64,000 nt of DNA from Octopus bimaculoides (taxonomy: Eukaryota): contig NC_068984.1 in assembly GCF_001194135.2 (NCBI RefSeq), positions 49,801,009 to 49,865,008 of the forward strand, given 5' to 3'. A model generated the notes under the pieces. The model did not search any database, was not told the DNA's origin, and saw only the letters and a program-made list of their open reading frames with translations. The translations under genes and the position numbers were made by a program. Below, piece by piece: positions 28,026 through 41,595 of the stretch. Numbering within the stretch: position 1 is the first letter of the stretch; every line of letters begins with the position of its first letter.

Positions 28026-29149
28026 ATTCCGTTGTTTATCGATAGGTTATAAAAATGGTACTGATAAATTACTATTAGATACAATGTCTCAATTTAAAGC
28101 AAAATTGGATATGTGATATTGATGTATTTAAAAAAAGAGTACAAGGATAATTCATAAAACCCGGTATGTACTGAATAGAAATAGCATAGATGATGGAATA
28201 TTAATATTAAATATGCGATGCTTCAACCGGTTAGCGTCTACACGGTCAATCGAATTGCAAGAAATAGTTAAATGGCCCTTAAATTGTAACCTAATGTTAA
28301 AACAACAACAAAAACAACATCCCGTGAGTGGGGGGGGGCAGATGGCAATGACTTATGTTTGTAGAATCATATAAGTGCTTGTACTGTGTAGTCTTGGGGC
28401 TAAACATATGGTATAACAATTACTTTACATCAAAACCAAACGTTTCAATTACATATAGAAATTAATGTTAGTATATTGTGCTAGTAAATCGTCAAGTAAT
28501 TAAGTTACGCTGAAGAATTGGGGATCGGGTAATTCTCCAAATCCTTACAAATTGAAACAAATACGTAAGCTTTTTCGAAAAAAAAAAAATGCCTATAACA
28601 TCTTATAAAGATTGTTTTTCTTTTATTTTTGTTGAAGGGCACTGTTCTGTTTGTTTTGGTAGCACACGGAATTATAGTTAAAATGTATGTAGGAGCAGAG
28701 AGAAAGAGGGAGGGAGGGAGGAAGAAAGAAAAACAAGGTATAATGAATAGGAAAGGAAGACGGAAAGAAGCTAATCAAGTACCAAAGAAAATGAGAAAGA
28801 AACAGACAGAAAGAGACCACGTGCCATGTGAGAAACTTAACGCTAATACTCGACAACTATTTTCAAAGACATCAAAAGAGTCAGAAATAGAATACGTGCG
28901 CACACACACACGCAGCTGTACATACAGACATAGTTCACTCAATATTTATCGCGGTTAGTAGCCGACAGCTAAAAACCTTCAATCAACTGATGATCACTTA
29001 GTAATGCAGTAAAAGCCACTCTCCATCTAGCCTCGCAAGTAATATACCCGTTTACCTAATCACCTACCACTCGACTAGAAATGTTAATTCCGTTGAGAAT
29101 GGTGTTAACAAGTTAAGCGGTTACGAAATACTTGAAAAGTGAGCATGTA

Positions 29150-29705
29150 CACGGTGTTCCTCAAAAAATATATACCCACATTGAAGAATTATTAAGTCAG
29201 TGTTTATCAAAATACATTTCATTTTCAAACTAGTATAAGCTAGACAGAAAATAATATTTTTTCATAAATGGCGGTTTTCAAACTGTTGACCGTTCAAGTC
29301 TAGACACTACTCATAATGCGAAACAGATGAAATCGTAAACATGAAGAAACGTTTCGTTCGGTATTTGTGCGCATTCTCTTTCAACGGCTGCTCTCAATTC
29401 GTCAACTGTTGCCAATTTTTTACCGTAAAATTTATCTATTAAGTAGCTTTCTAAAGAAATTTAAAATTGAAAAAAAAAAAAAAAAAAAAAAAAAAAAGGA
29501 AAAAGTGGCTAGTGTGTGAGACCCGATGAATACAGTAAGTACTCTACTGAAATTCCTCGTTCATTTTCATTGTTTGGCAAAATCGCATCTTGGTAAGCTA
29601 TGAAAGTATGGGCGTTCCATGTTGCTGGAAATAAACTCCACATCGAAGGTCTAGTGAATGCTTGGCATAACAGATTGTTGCAGCAAGTTCAAGTACATGG
29701 AGCTA
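29150..29705 (-). mobile_element. Decayed Tc1/mariner relic (transposase C-terminus plus one TIR)
   Basis: Minus-strand translation across frameshifts gives YLNLLQQSVMP, FQQHGTP, ERGISVEYLLYSSGLT (SPDLT-like) and KFYGKKLATVDELRAAVERECAQIP. TIR-like TA|CACGGTGTTCCTCAAAAAATATATACCC at 29148-29177. Poly-A expansion at 29470-29497 lies at the DFF codons. Confidence 0.8.
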
Positions 29706-32084
29706 GTTTCAGTTTTGTAAAAATAAAAAAAAATAAATAAAAAATCCTTTTGATAAGCTGCACCAAATGTAATTCTTGAAAAATTAACAATGCTCTTACG
29801 TTAAAAGGGCTTAATTTATTGCAGGTTACTTAGAATTAAATTATCACATATTAGTAGCAAGGTTTCGGTCGTTTTCACTTCACATTTGAAATATACGTTA
29901 GTACTTAACATACAGAAATATTCAAGCTAAGGAACATGTACGTGATCGCTTGACCTGATAAAAATCTCAGATTATAAACTACTGTTTTTTAAAACAAAAT
30001 CTACATTGGATATGTAGTCCCTAGTGTCTCAGACACAATGTGATCTTAGCTAGAAAGAAATTAATCATAAGTTTGATCGATTAAGAACAATCTGGAACAA
30101 CAAGTAACAAAAATAATATATTCTTTGCATAATACCGTTCTTTCTCTCTTAAGAGTTGTGTATGCAAGTTTTTATAGGCATAAATCAGGTAAATGAAATG
30201 CATCTTCTCCAATCGTTTTAGCGAAATCGATATATGATCAATTCGTCGGCAGCTGACAAACGTACCTCGGGCTTGCTACCTTTGCAAAAGTGGCACCAGT
30301 CGGGGACATTACATGTACATCATACAAATAACCAAGTCAGCAATTCAATTGACGAGAGATCGGAACAGGTGTGAATAATCATTCTTTCAGGACAGAACAT
30401 ATGCTAGGATAGATGCGTCCATTATTCGTTTTAACAGTCAATAAAACGAAGAACGCATATACATCAGATATATTTTTAAAGCATTATGTATTCCCCACAA
30501 GGGCAAGAGAGACGTAAGAGAAATAATATCAACAGAAACTCTATATATATTAAAAAAACTCATTATCGCTTTCGTCCGGTGTTGCCATTACGGGTTTACT
30601 CTAAATTTAGCAATTGGTTTTAGCCCAAGATTAATCTTGGGCAAGCAGGCCTATGATCAAGAACATCCTGAGGTTTGTAGAACATTTGACTGCTATTTTG
30701 AATAGGTTGAACAGCTACAAAGATATATCCTTGTGTGCTTACAGTCTATATAAAAATAGTGACTAAAGTAATTGGCACGCGTAGCTAAATGCTATACTAC
30801 TAAGTTTTTAACTGTTTAAAGAGATTGTGAAAGTAATATCTCTACAAGGACGGTGCAACCTTACTGACTAAGCAGTATAGTTTTCAGTACCAGCGGGAAT
30901 TGCAGCAACGTATCACGATGAATTAACCTCCTGCTAGGCACACACAAATGCACATAGGATACACAAATGCACAGAGGTGCACATTGTCTAAGGTGATTAA
31001 ATAGTAGCAAGGGACTTGAAGTTTACTCAACACCACGAGAGTGAAGGTAACAGCTGGGATTTAACGAAAGTAAATGAATTCTTTCACAAATAGGCTTTAA
31101 AAATGATTTGCCCTTAAAATATTTCAGTTGGGTAGAAAAAAAAAATTAAAAGAAAAATAGCCGGATAAATTGTCTTTCAGGGTTTACTTCTAAATTTTTA
31201 CGTACTGAAATTTAACCCTTCGTTAGCCACATGGGGTGCGTTATCACTCCCCTCTTCTTAAAATGCTCGTAATTTCTAGTTGACAACTTATTTATTTTTT
31301 GCTCCTTTCTCTGCTCTTCTGGCTCAGTGAGTGTGTGTGTTACAGGTGGTGTGGCGCTGTCATGGCTCAGTATTCGTGGAAGGTAGACGATGTTTTTGTC
31401 AAGTTAACCCATGTGACGAACGTAGTTCAAGTTTTGATTTAATGCATATTATAACGGAGATTGTTTTGTTACGTTAATTTTTTATAAGTTATTCCCATCA
31501 ATCAAACTAATATTTGCTGCAAACCAGTAAAGGAGCTTATATGTGGTCACTCCTCATTTGTTATATATTACAGCGAAATCTCTCGAGTCAAGCTATTGTT
31601 ATGTAAAAAGACATTGAATAATAATAGCTTCGGAAAGTTATGTTTAAAAATACAAGATGATTAAACTTAGAATATCTTTAACAATAAGTCTGCTGGGTTA
31701 CGGTTGACCCGGGTGGAACTAATCAATAGCAACAATATTTGTGTAGTAAAAACAAAAACCAAATCATGAAGAGAATCTTTCGGTCAGGAACTTTCAGAAA
31801 AGCTATTGTGTTCGCGCGTGCGTGCACGCACACACGCAGAGGAACCTTTCCATAGTTCCTTGATATGCAAAAATAGGAGTAAAGTCTATTAAACTATAAT
31901 TTACTATCTTAAAGCAAATCGATAATATACTCTAAGATACATTAGCTGGAACAAATAAGACAGGATTGTCACAATTGGAACGCCTTTAGTTATAGATTTA
32001 CTCAAACAAGGCTAACCTGGAGCAAAACAGTAATAAAAGTTTTTGATTCAATCTAAATTGTATATGTGAAGGCTCTACCACAAT

Positions 32085-32335
32085 ATGGCTACAGTGCAAT
32101 GGCTGGAATTAGAAGAGAAGAAACGGTTTAAGCACCATACATCTCTATGGAAGAACGAGAGAATAATGTTACTGGACAATATTAATGATGAAAGGAAAAT
32201 TACTATAACCAGGATTGCAAGGATGTCGAGGTCAGTCCTCAAAGAAATTACCGTTGGCATACAGATCAATAAACTGCTTCATATGGACGGACACACTAAT
32301 GGATTGATTGACTGACTCATACAAACTTATTCAGA
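32085..32335 (+). mobile_element. Possible very old RTE-type LINE 3' end
   Basis: Weak resemblance of ERIMLLDNINDERK to the RTE C-terminal EKTIMxGxxxGKR motif; ends in gattgattgactgact, a short tandem tail. Tentative. Confidence 0.25.
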
Positions 32336-32572
32336 AGAAAATTAATAGAATAATAATGAAACTGAAACGGAAGAACTACATCAATTATTTGAGTTTGTCG
32401 CCATCTCTCACTTGCAATGCTTTCTTTATACTTTGAAACAAAGCTAACTGAAATTAAGGAGACTATACGAAGTTTATTTAGTACAAATGAATGCGAAGAT
32501 ACAATATTCGGTAACGTTGCAATTCAAGTATCTGCTTACATTTAATCTGTACTATTACTACTGATGATAATA

Positions 32573-33220
32573 CTTTCTACTATAGGCAGGGTCTTAGTCG
32601 ACTACATGCCCCAGTACTCAACTGGTACTTATTTTATCAATCTCAAAAGAAGTCAAAGGTAAAGTCAACTTTTGCGGCATTTGAACTCAATATAAACTCT
32701 GACGATGTCGACAGACAAAAATAATGGTATCAAATTTTGGCACAAGGCCAGCAATTTCAGGGATAGGGGTATAAGCCGATTACATCGATTCAAGTACTTG
32801 ACTGGTGCTTTTTTCTATCGACCCCGTAAGTATCAGACAAAGTCGATCTCGGCAGCATTTCAGCTCAGAACGTAAAGACAAACGAAATGCCGCTGAGCAT
32901 TGTGTCCGCTATGCTAATGCATGCGCCAGCTCACCGCCTTTGGCACAGAGCCAGCAATTTTTGATGAAGGGAGAAGTTGATTGCATCGACTCCAGTACTT
33001 AAGTTGTTACTTTATCTTGTCGACCACAAAAAAGATGAAAAGTAGAATCGGCCTCGTTAGGATTTGAACTCGGAACGTAAAGAGACAAAAGAAATACCAC
33101 TAAGCATTTTCGCCGATGCGTTAAGTATTCTAATAGTAATAGAGGTACAAGGCTCGAAATTTGTGGAAGAGGACTATTTTACCGACACTGAAAGGATGAA
33201 AGTAAATAACTAAACGTAAA
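32573..33220 (-). mobile_element. Head-to-tail cluster of four family C SINEs
   Basis: Copies at about 32573-32720, 32727-32940, 32941-33135 and 33140-33220, all in the same orientation. Confidence 0.85.
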
Positions 33221-33984
33221 ATAGTCATTAACAGATAAGCAACGTCATTGTGTGTATGTGTGTTAAATTTCAAGAAAAAATAAGATCCCCCACCCCCACC
33301 GATCTACAGATGTTTCTCTTTTACATGAAATTAATGCGCCAACATGTCCTCTTGTTTAGGAGGGGCAGGAACTTTAAAAAGGTTACGAGTGTCACACCTT
33401 TTCTCTACAGATGAATCAACAGAGAGAAACAGATGTAAATGGGAAGAAAGTGGAGCAACGGATAAACAAATAAAATAAAAAAAAGGAAAAATCTGATTAA
33501 ATTGACATGGACAATGAACAGGGCGTAGTCACGCTGCTGAACCATCAAAAGGTTACACTATCAAGACCCCAATTATCTAATAAACCACATGGACCGAAAC
33601 AACAGATTTTCAGCCATCCGTAACACCTCTTAATCTGAACGCAAAACATACGTGCTTAGTTAAAAATGTGTGCATGCCACGTGTAATATATTCCATATAA
33701 AATTTCGTTTTGCATTTTAATAGATCCCTCGTCAAATCTACAACAAAGAAAGAGCAGACATAGCTGTATTGTTGAGGATTTAGCTTTGCAATGTATGGAA
33801 AACATGGAAATCGACAAGTACATGCAGCCTTTAAAAAAATTAATTGAAAAGGTCATATTGATAAACTGAGTAAATAGAAGAATTAAGTGTTCTTTTTGAA
33901 ATATATGAACGCCACAACATCCAGAAAATTTGTCAAATTCATCACAAATATAAAACAAGTACGAGAACGAGAAAACGATAATGC

Positions 33985-34190
33985 ATCTAGATGGCTCCTA
34001 TTAGCTTGCTTGAAATAGCAGTCAAATACCCCCTCATTATATCCTACCGACATGAAAATGGATACATTGGATGACGTAATTCTAGATGTTATATATATCT
34101 TAAAAATAAAAAAGGGCTAAAATGGCTACGACCGGAATGCCTTTTAGCATTGGCCTGTTCGGAGATGAATTGAGTCTAAACAACAACATA
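33985..34190 (+). repeat. Old dispersed repeat family D with (AAC)n tail
   Basis: gcttgcttgaaatagcagtcaaat...cctaccgac...acattggatgacgtaattctaga...ggaatgccttttagcattggcctg...ctaaacaacaac. Confidence 0.65.
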
Positions 34191-34699
34191 TAGAAGAACC
34201 ATATTAAATTATAACTACCTATTACGTGCATAAGGGACAACCACATGTGTTCTTTAGTTATTGATTCTAGAGAGAATCAGAGCCTAGATGTTCTATCATG
34301 ATCTAAAATAAAACAAAAATAGACAAAAACAGAAACGAAACACTGAACTCTAAGACACCTCAAGTTCATCCCTTTTTGTGTTTGCGCATAAAAGCTTCAT
34401 TTCTCTACAGGAGTTGTAAAATTAAGTCCCAAGCGTGCAAGTAAGGCTATGGCAACTCTTCGGGGTTTAGGGATTTCAATGAGAAATAACGAATTTTATG
34501 ATGGCATCTCATTTTCCTTCTTTCGTTTGGTTGTTATTTTCTGACATAAAAACTGAGACACAGATGTCTAACAAAAATTATTCCATGACTTCACAAACGT
34601 CACAGGGAAACAAGTTTACATTTTCAAGTACTGTATGGAACTTACTGTAATACATAGAGAAACGCGTGCGAAAGTGTACTCAATACTTTTCGTAGAGTT

Positions 34700-34815
34700 C
34701 AAATCTATGGCTACATATTTATATACATGCATATACATATATAAATATGCACACACATGTATATGCATATACATACATGCATGCATATACATATATACAC
34801 ACGCATACACATACA

Positions 34816-34854
<39 letters not shown>

Positions 34855-34880
34855 GCACACACACATGTGCGTGCATGCAG
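34700..34880 (+). repeat. Compound TA/CA/CATA microsatellite
   Basis: Direct reading; abuts a family B SINE tail. Confidence 0.9.
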
Positions 34881-34905
34881 GCACACACCTGTTTGTGTAT
34901 ACATA

Positions 34906-35266
34906 TTCTTTCTTGTTTCAATCTTTGTACTACAGCCATGCCGGGGCACCGCCTTCAAGAATTTAGTCGAACTAATCAACACCAGAACTTAAGTCTTTTA
35001 CTTAATCTATCAGTCTCTTTAGCTAAACCGCTAAGTTACGGGGATGTAAACAGACCAACATTTATTATCAAACGATGTTGGGGAACAAACATATTCAGAA
35101 AGACACATAGATAGATATACACATATACGAGTGGGTTCTTTCGGTTTCCGTCGACTGAATCCACTCGCAAGACTTCGGTCGGCCCGTGGCTATGGTGGAA
35201 GAAACGTACAAAGGGACTGAACTCGGAAACATGCGGTTGGGAAGCGAAATTTTTTATCGCACAGCC
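34906..35266 (-). mobile_element. SINE family B, diverged
   Basis: Family B motifs recognisable throughout (cagccatgccggggcacc, taagttacgggga, ggtttccgtcgactgaatccactc). Confidence 0.85.
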
Positions 35267-35340
35267 TCACAGAATTTGTATGTCCTTACATATTAGTTTA
35301 TTGAACACTCACGTAAAATTCTACCACGGAAAATACCTCA

Positions 35341-35955
35341 CCTTAGATGAGGAAACTAGAACTTTTGGAACAGTGCAATGACGTCCAATTCGAGGTCTGG
35401 TATAACTCAATTCTAAAGTTTGGTGCCAACCCCTCCAGTATCTTCCACATATATATCACCGCATTCTTCTCCCGCCTTCGCTCCTGGGAGTAGAGTCGTA
35501 GCTCTTTCAATCTCTCCAGTAGCTCAGTTTTACCATTGTTGCGATCTTCCTCGTGTAGTATCGCCGAACCGCCTCAAGTTCTGCTATTAATCCTAAAGTG
35601 TAAGGTAACTACAGTTGAGAGCAGCTGTCCAGCCGGCAAAGGGTAAATGTCCTTCACAGGACCAGTATAGTTTCCTGGTCCCTTGTTCTGAAGGTTCTCA
35701 GAATCCATCCGGCCATTTGCTTGCACACTGCTACCATCTTGGTGACATGCATGTGAAACGCGGCATCGTTGCTCATATCAATCCCAAGATCACGCACCGT
35801 ATGTGATTCTAGGAATGCCGCTCCTTTTGGTCCAAAGTGCCGTTGTGATTTCGGAGCACCAATTAGCTGGTAGCAGAGTGCTTGGAATTTACCTGCCTTA
35901 AATTGCATGTTGTCCTCAACCCATTTATATGTGGCACCTAGGTCTTTCTGTAGAT
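35341..35955 (-). mobile_element. CR1/L2-group LINE fragment (post-RT C-terminal ORF2), inverted copy
   Basis: LQKDLGATYKWVEDNMQFKAGKFQAL...VRDLGIDMSNDAAFHMHVTKMVAVCKQMAGWILRTFRTRD; stops and frameshifts follow. Confidence 0.85.
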
Positions 35956-35963
35956 TATTTTGA

Positions 35964-36620
35964 ATATCTTGGGATTGATATAAGCAACGTTGCCTCGTAT
36001 CACATGCATATCACCAAGATGGAAGCAGTGTGCAGGCAAAAGGCCGGATGGATTCTGAGAATCTTCAGAACAAGGGACCAGGAAACTATATAGTTCATAT
36101 GGAGGGCATTTGTCCTTACCCATTTGGACTACTATTCTCAGCTGTGGTCACCTTACAGTGTATGAGTAATAGCAGAATTTGAGACGATTCAGTGATTCTA
36201 CACGAGGAAGATTGCATCAATGGAACAGCTGAGCTACTGGGAGAGCCCGATAGAGCTACGAATCTACTCCCTGGAACAAAGACGAGAGAGACATGCAGTG
36301 ATATGTGTGGAAGGTACGGAGCTGGCACCAAACTTTGGAATAGAGAGTTATACCAGACCGCGAATAGGACGTCACTGCACTGTTCCAGAATTCCTAGCTG
36401 TCTCATTTACTGCAGTAGCTTGGGATTTAAGGGCCCGCAGCTATTTAACGCCTTGCCAAAGCATCTGAGAGATCTCCATGGAGTTGGGGTAGATGTTTTC
36501 CAGAAACAAGTTGACATCTTACTATCCAAGATCCCAAATGAAACAGTATCAAGGCAGGAAACTCCAAAGAGGGCAGAGATATCAAACTCCCTCCTTCACC
36601 AAAAGCAAATCACATAGAAT
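35964..36620 (+). mobile_element. CR1/L2-group LINE 3' fragment ending at the ORF2 stop
   Basis: LGIDISN...GWILRIFRTRD...LDYYSQLWSP...SLGFKGPQLFNALPKHLRDLHGVGVDVFQKQVDILLSKIPNE...SNSLLHQ; homologous to the adjacent minus-strand copy. Confidence 0.85.
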
Positions 36621-36674
36621 TGGCCAATTTAAAGTTGATTATATTACGGCTGAAATATATAAAAGAATAAAAGA

Positions 36675-36712
<38 letters not shown>

Positions 36713-38332
36713 CACACACACACAAGCGCAGTAGATAGATATGATGTATTTGTGTATAAAGAGAGTAAGTGCTAGTGAGCAAGAAAAGAAGACGTTTCAA
36801 CCTATTCAAGTAGCTGAAGCGAGCTAAACAAGAGTAAAAAAAAAAAGTTCAAAATGCTAATTCTAAATGAAGTTGAAGTAACAGAAAGGTATTGGCATCA
36901 ACGCAAGCCTGGATATTTATACTCGTGAGAATACAGCTTAATTATGTCTACTGATTCTTTGTCGTAAAAATGACACATTATCCTAAAAAGGTATTGGGTT
37001 TTAGACTTTAAAAATACCGGCTTAGCAAGTGTTGGCAGACTTTGCGTGAATCGTGGATACATTCTACTTTATTAGCAAAGTTGTTGATAAAGCATTAGAG
37101 CGAAAATAACGGGAACAACGGAGAATAAATCCCACAAAGAGGAAGGGATGGGTGGGTGGAAAAAAGAGATTGACATCTTCATCGCTTTTGAAGGAAAATA
37201 AAGCAAGACATTAATTTTATATAATGAACTATTTTGTAAAGGGGAGGGTGATCTCAGTAGCTATGAAACTGCCAGCTGAGTGCTGACGTTTTGAAAAAGA
37301 CGTGAAAAGATTAGTGCCCTACCAACTGGTCATATATTTCCTCCAATGGCTTTTTTTTTTCAAGGCTGCCATAAGATGGATAAATAAAATCTAGGTAATC
37401 CATCAACTGGATTTATTCAAGAAGTTATAAACTTATAACTTGTCCATATATTCTACAACCGTCGTTGTTGATAGAGAGTCTACGTCGTCACAATCTTCTA
37501 GAAATAGCAGTCAATTCTTCCTCAAAATTACACACTACACTCGTAACCACGGAAAACGTATTAGAAAATATAGATGTGTATACATTGAACGAAAAAGAAA
37601 AAGAAAGGAATGACTAAAGATGAAACAACTTTAACTATACATAGCTGGACAGTGATTACCTGAAAGCTTACACAGCACCACCATATATTCTCATAAGTAG
37701 GCTTAGATCACATCCTTTAGGCAGACAAGATGAGCAGTTTCAGCAGGTTTCTTCTTTTTTTCTATTTTCTTTATGCTTATAGACTACAAATTATAAAATT
37801 GATTAAATAGATCAATTATTCTGTCGCTACTCGAAGTTTTATGATGGACGGTGTAGAATTGGTAATCGAATATTCTTACTTTACAGTAAAATAAAATTAA
37901 AAAAAAAACGACGGGCAATTCCACCGCAGAAACTGTAGACTCAGAATTGCAGTTGCATCACAGAATCCAACCTCAGTAATAGGGTCATGTCCACAAGTTC
38001 ATCTACGTTTATTGCTTTAGCTTATGGTGTACTGCAGTATCTGTAGTCTCCAGCGTAAAAAAAAAAAATCTATCTCCGTAATGATTATTGTTAGACTGCA
38101 TACTGAATTGTAAATAGCCAGGTAGATTGCACGCTAAAGTCGCACCTGCCAATGTTAGTTTAAACACAAATAGCTTCAATATAAGAACTAAGTATTATTG
38201 TGTTTGAGTGAACACGACAAGCAAGACACAGAGACGCCGACCAATGGTGTTCAACAGCTTGAACCAGACTAGGTGAAAAGAGATATAGTACGGACTTTCC
38301 AAGCATTTAAGAATGTAAATAATCACAACCGG

Positions 38333-38715
38333 CTGTTAGCACTCCGTCGGTTAGGATGACGAGGGTTCCAGTTGATCTGATCAACGGAACAGCCTGCTCG
38401 TGGAATTAACGTGCAAGTGGCTGAGCACTCCACAGACACGTGTACCATTAACGTAGTTCTCGGGGATATTCAGCGTGACACAGTGTGACAAGGCTGACCC
38501 TTTGAATTACAGGCACAACAGAAACAGGAAGTATGAGTGAGAGAAAGTTGTGGTGAAAGAGTACAGCAGGGTTCGCCACCATCCCCTGCCGGAGCCTCGT
38601 GGAGCTTTAGGTGTTTTCGCTCAATAAACACTCAGAACGCCCGGTCTGGGAATCGAAACCGCGATCCTATGACCGCGAGTCCGCTGCCCTAATCACTGGG
38701 CCATTGCGCCTCCAC
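38333..38715 (-). mobile_element. SINE family A, full length, inverted relative to the other copies
   Basis: Reverse complement of the family A sequence; TSD taatca(c/t)aaccgg at 38320-38332 and 38716-38728. Confidence 0.93.
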
Positions 38716-39524
38716 TAATCATAACCGGAGACTGGATCTTACAGAACCACATCAATAATAGTTTGAGAGGATCTACAAAAGATTATAAAAAATTCAAAAA
38801 CTATTCGTCGCTATCTAAACTGTTTTTCTCTCATATATTTGATCCTACTCTAACTTTAGTCTAAAGATGGTTATATGGTTTGAGGAAGATTCGGTTGCTA
38901 CTTGTAAGAAATGCTGACGGTCGGTGAAGTTTTATTTCTAATAATTTTGGTGATTAAATGTAAGAGAGAAAATACTAAGCTCCCAACTATATGAAGGTAA
39001 TTTTGACCAACAAGAGAGTTTATACGTATTGTCAGACTTGCTAGAAATAACAGTAAAAACTCGCTCAAATTATAGTCTTGAAATGGGGAAAAAAGCCGGA
39101 TAACGTAATCCTGTATTTGCTATATATGAAGAGAAGGCGAAGAGATCACATAAGAAGTATCTTTATTCAGAGATCTGTCCTTTTAGAGTCGACTTGTGCT
39201 AACAACAATTTCTACCTAATTAGCTTATTCAGTACCGAGCGTCATGGCTACACATGCTTTCTAATCTCTTTTGCTGTGTTGCCTAATATTTTTCAGATGA
39301 TATGGATATCATTATTACTATATTTACAACTTGTATACGTATTGATAATATTTTCTATCTGAAAAAATAAACATCTACCCACTCACAAGCATAGCTATAT
39401 AAAAATACCGCCTACAAAACATTCCACAGCGGGTCGCCCGATTGTTATAAATGTGTTTTTGAAGTCAGTGCTATTAGTGCAGTATTGTTTGCATTGCTAT
39501 TTCTGCTGCAGCTTTTACTATTGT

Positions 39525-39665
39525 TGTTCTTTATGCCGAAGTCGACGCTGATTAAGCAAGTCTATGATCAAAAGAATGCATCCGGTTTCCATGACGGTAG
39601 TGCTTAATCTGGGGGAGATTTGGCTGCTAATTCTAACAGTTTGGGCGACCACGTAGAGGCTCTCG
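39525..39665 (-). repeat. Old dispersed repeat family D
   Basis: ttgttgtt...gtctatgatcaaaagaatgc...ggagatttggctgctaattctaacag...gcgaccacgtagaggctc (reverse complement of the D motifs). Confidence 0.65.
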
Positions 39666-40075
39666 CTTAGTCTTGTTATTCTAGCTGCCGTTATTGCTTC
39701 TATTTATATATTCTTGTTAGCTCTTCCCTTCTTCCCCCCCACACACACGGGTATAGTGTTCCATTAGCATAACTTCTATTTACTGAAATTCCAACGATAC
39801 ATTTTCATATTATGTGCACTACAATTATGCCCAACAATGCATATAAACATGCATATGAACAATGCACAGTTTTCACACAACTTGGGTCAAGCGAAGACGA
39901 AGACGAATTTTACCACTAACATATGCAATGTAAACTATAAAACATGTCTATGAATTAAAACTAGCAATATTATGTAAAGACATTTCTAGCTTCAAAGAGT
40001 TTCGGCTATTCAATTTATTTACGATATAAAAGTTGCATATGTGAGTACACACAATGTATTCACTAACGCGTGTGC

Positions 40076-40122
<47 letters not shown>

Positions 40123-41549
40123 CTCTCGTTGTGTGTGATGGTTTATTTTGGCCGATACATTGATTTTTTACTCTGTACTTTTCTTCTTCAAATATGACAA
40201 CACTCTCATCTTGTATTGAGTGCTTCTCACATTCATTACTACTACTACTGCAAAAAAAAAAAAAGTTGTCCAGCTTGCAAACGGCTCTGCCATTCCTGTG
40301 CCGTAGCAACTGTAAACATAATTTTTAACTTGTGAAGTATTCCACAGGTTTTGGCGAGGAAATAGTCGACATATCAACGAAAGGACTTGGCAGCTATTTT
40401 GTTTTATCGTTCCCGAAAGGTTAAACAGTAACGTTTTGAAATCAGAACTTAAAAGATTTGCAACTAAACAGTGCAAGTAATTTTGCTAATCCACTGCAAA
40501 TTTAAAAATTAAGTGAAGAAAGAAAGAACTTGAACATAGAACGTAACTAAATACTGCAATATACTTTGTATGCGGCTCTGAATCTGACACTTCTTTACCC
40601 TAATATTCATTTGCGGAAATTGTGAATTCGTAAACTTTAGGAATTATTTTAGTAGGAATTATTGTCATCCTAACATACATAATTTCTTTTAGAAGACAAT
40701 GCTAACCACTTCAAAAGCTTAAAAATAGATTCAGTTTCCTGTTATCAAGAGGTGAAAAATAATTTTTTTAAAAAATTACAAAGCAGAAATCCCGGTGATA
40801 AAGTTACCAAACCATCGCCCACTTCACAGCAACAATACTCCATAAACGGAAGTGCTTAAGAGGTTCATTAAGTCAAGTAAGAATGATCCGTAATTAAATG
40901 AAACACTAAGCTAAGAATACACACGCAATTACGTTCTTTTAGTGGTTTCAGTTTTTTAAACTATGGTTATGCTGGAGCACTATCTCAGGGATTTTTGTCG
41001 ACTGCATCTCATCCAGTACATTTATAATGCATAAATGACCATAATTTGGCCTAAATGTCAAGTATTTTTGTTCGGTGCATCGAATTTTGCTTAGTATTCC
41101 CCCGCGAATAAATATTTACACGCGTGCGCAAGCACACCCACATACACGCAATGAATTAGCAAAATCTTTAAAGCGTAGAACAAAAGGCTTTTCTGCTAGC
41201 TCCCTACGCTCTATACTAATATAGACTGTACTCTCTATACTTTACTGATAAATAAAACAAAGTGCCAATCCAAGGCAATGGATTGAAGGGACTGCTTAAG
41301 TATTTGACGAAATTCTTTGTGGGGTTTGTTCAATGAGTTTTGAGTTTTTGGAGATAAAATTAATCCATTGCACGGTTTAGTACCCGACTAATCCTTGGGT
41401 GCCTTTAGCAGAGTTCACTTTGTTGTGATTTTTCGTATCGGGTACCAGGTCATGTTTTCATGCAATATATATCCTCGCTTATACTTAATGCAAACACGTG
41501 TAAACAAAAGTATCGGGAAAAAATTATATTCAAGTTACACTAGCATCGT

Positions 41550-41595
41550 CTCGTAGCACACCAGTGTGCCGCGGCATACCGGTTGCGGAGCACTG
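41550..41595 (-). mobile_element. Isolated hAT-like MITE terminus
   Basis: Minus strand reads CAGTGCTCCGCAACCGGTATGCCGCGGCACACTGGTGTGC, resembling CAGTGGTTCTCAACCGGTGTGCCGCGGCACAC-type hAT ends. No partner TIR found. Confidence 0.5.
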
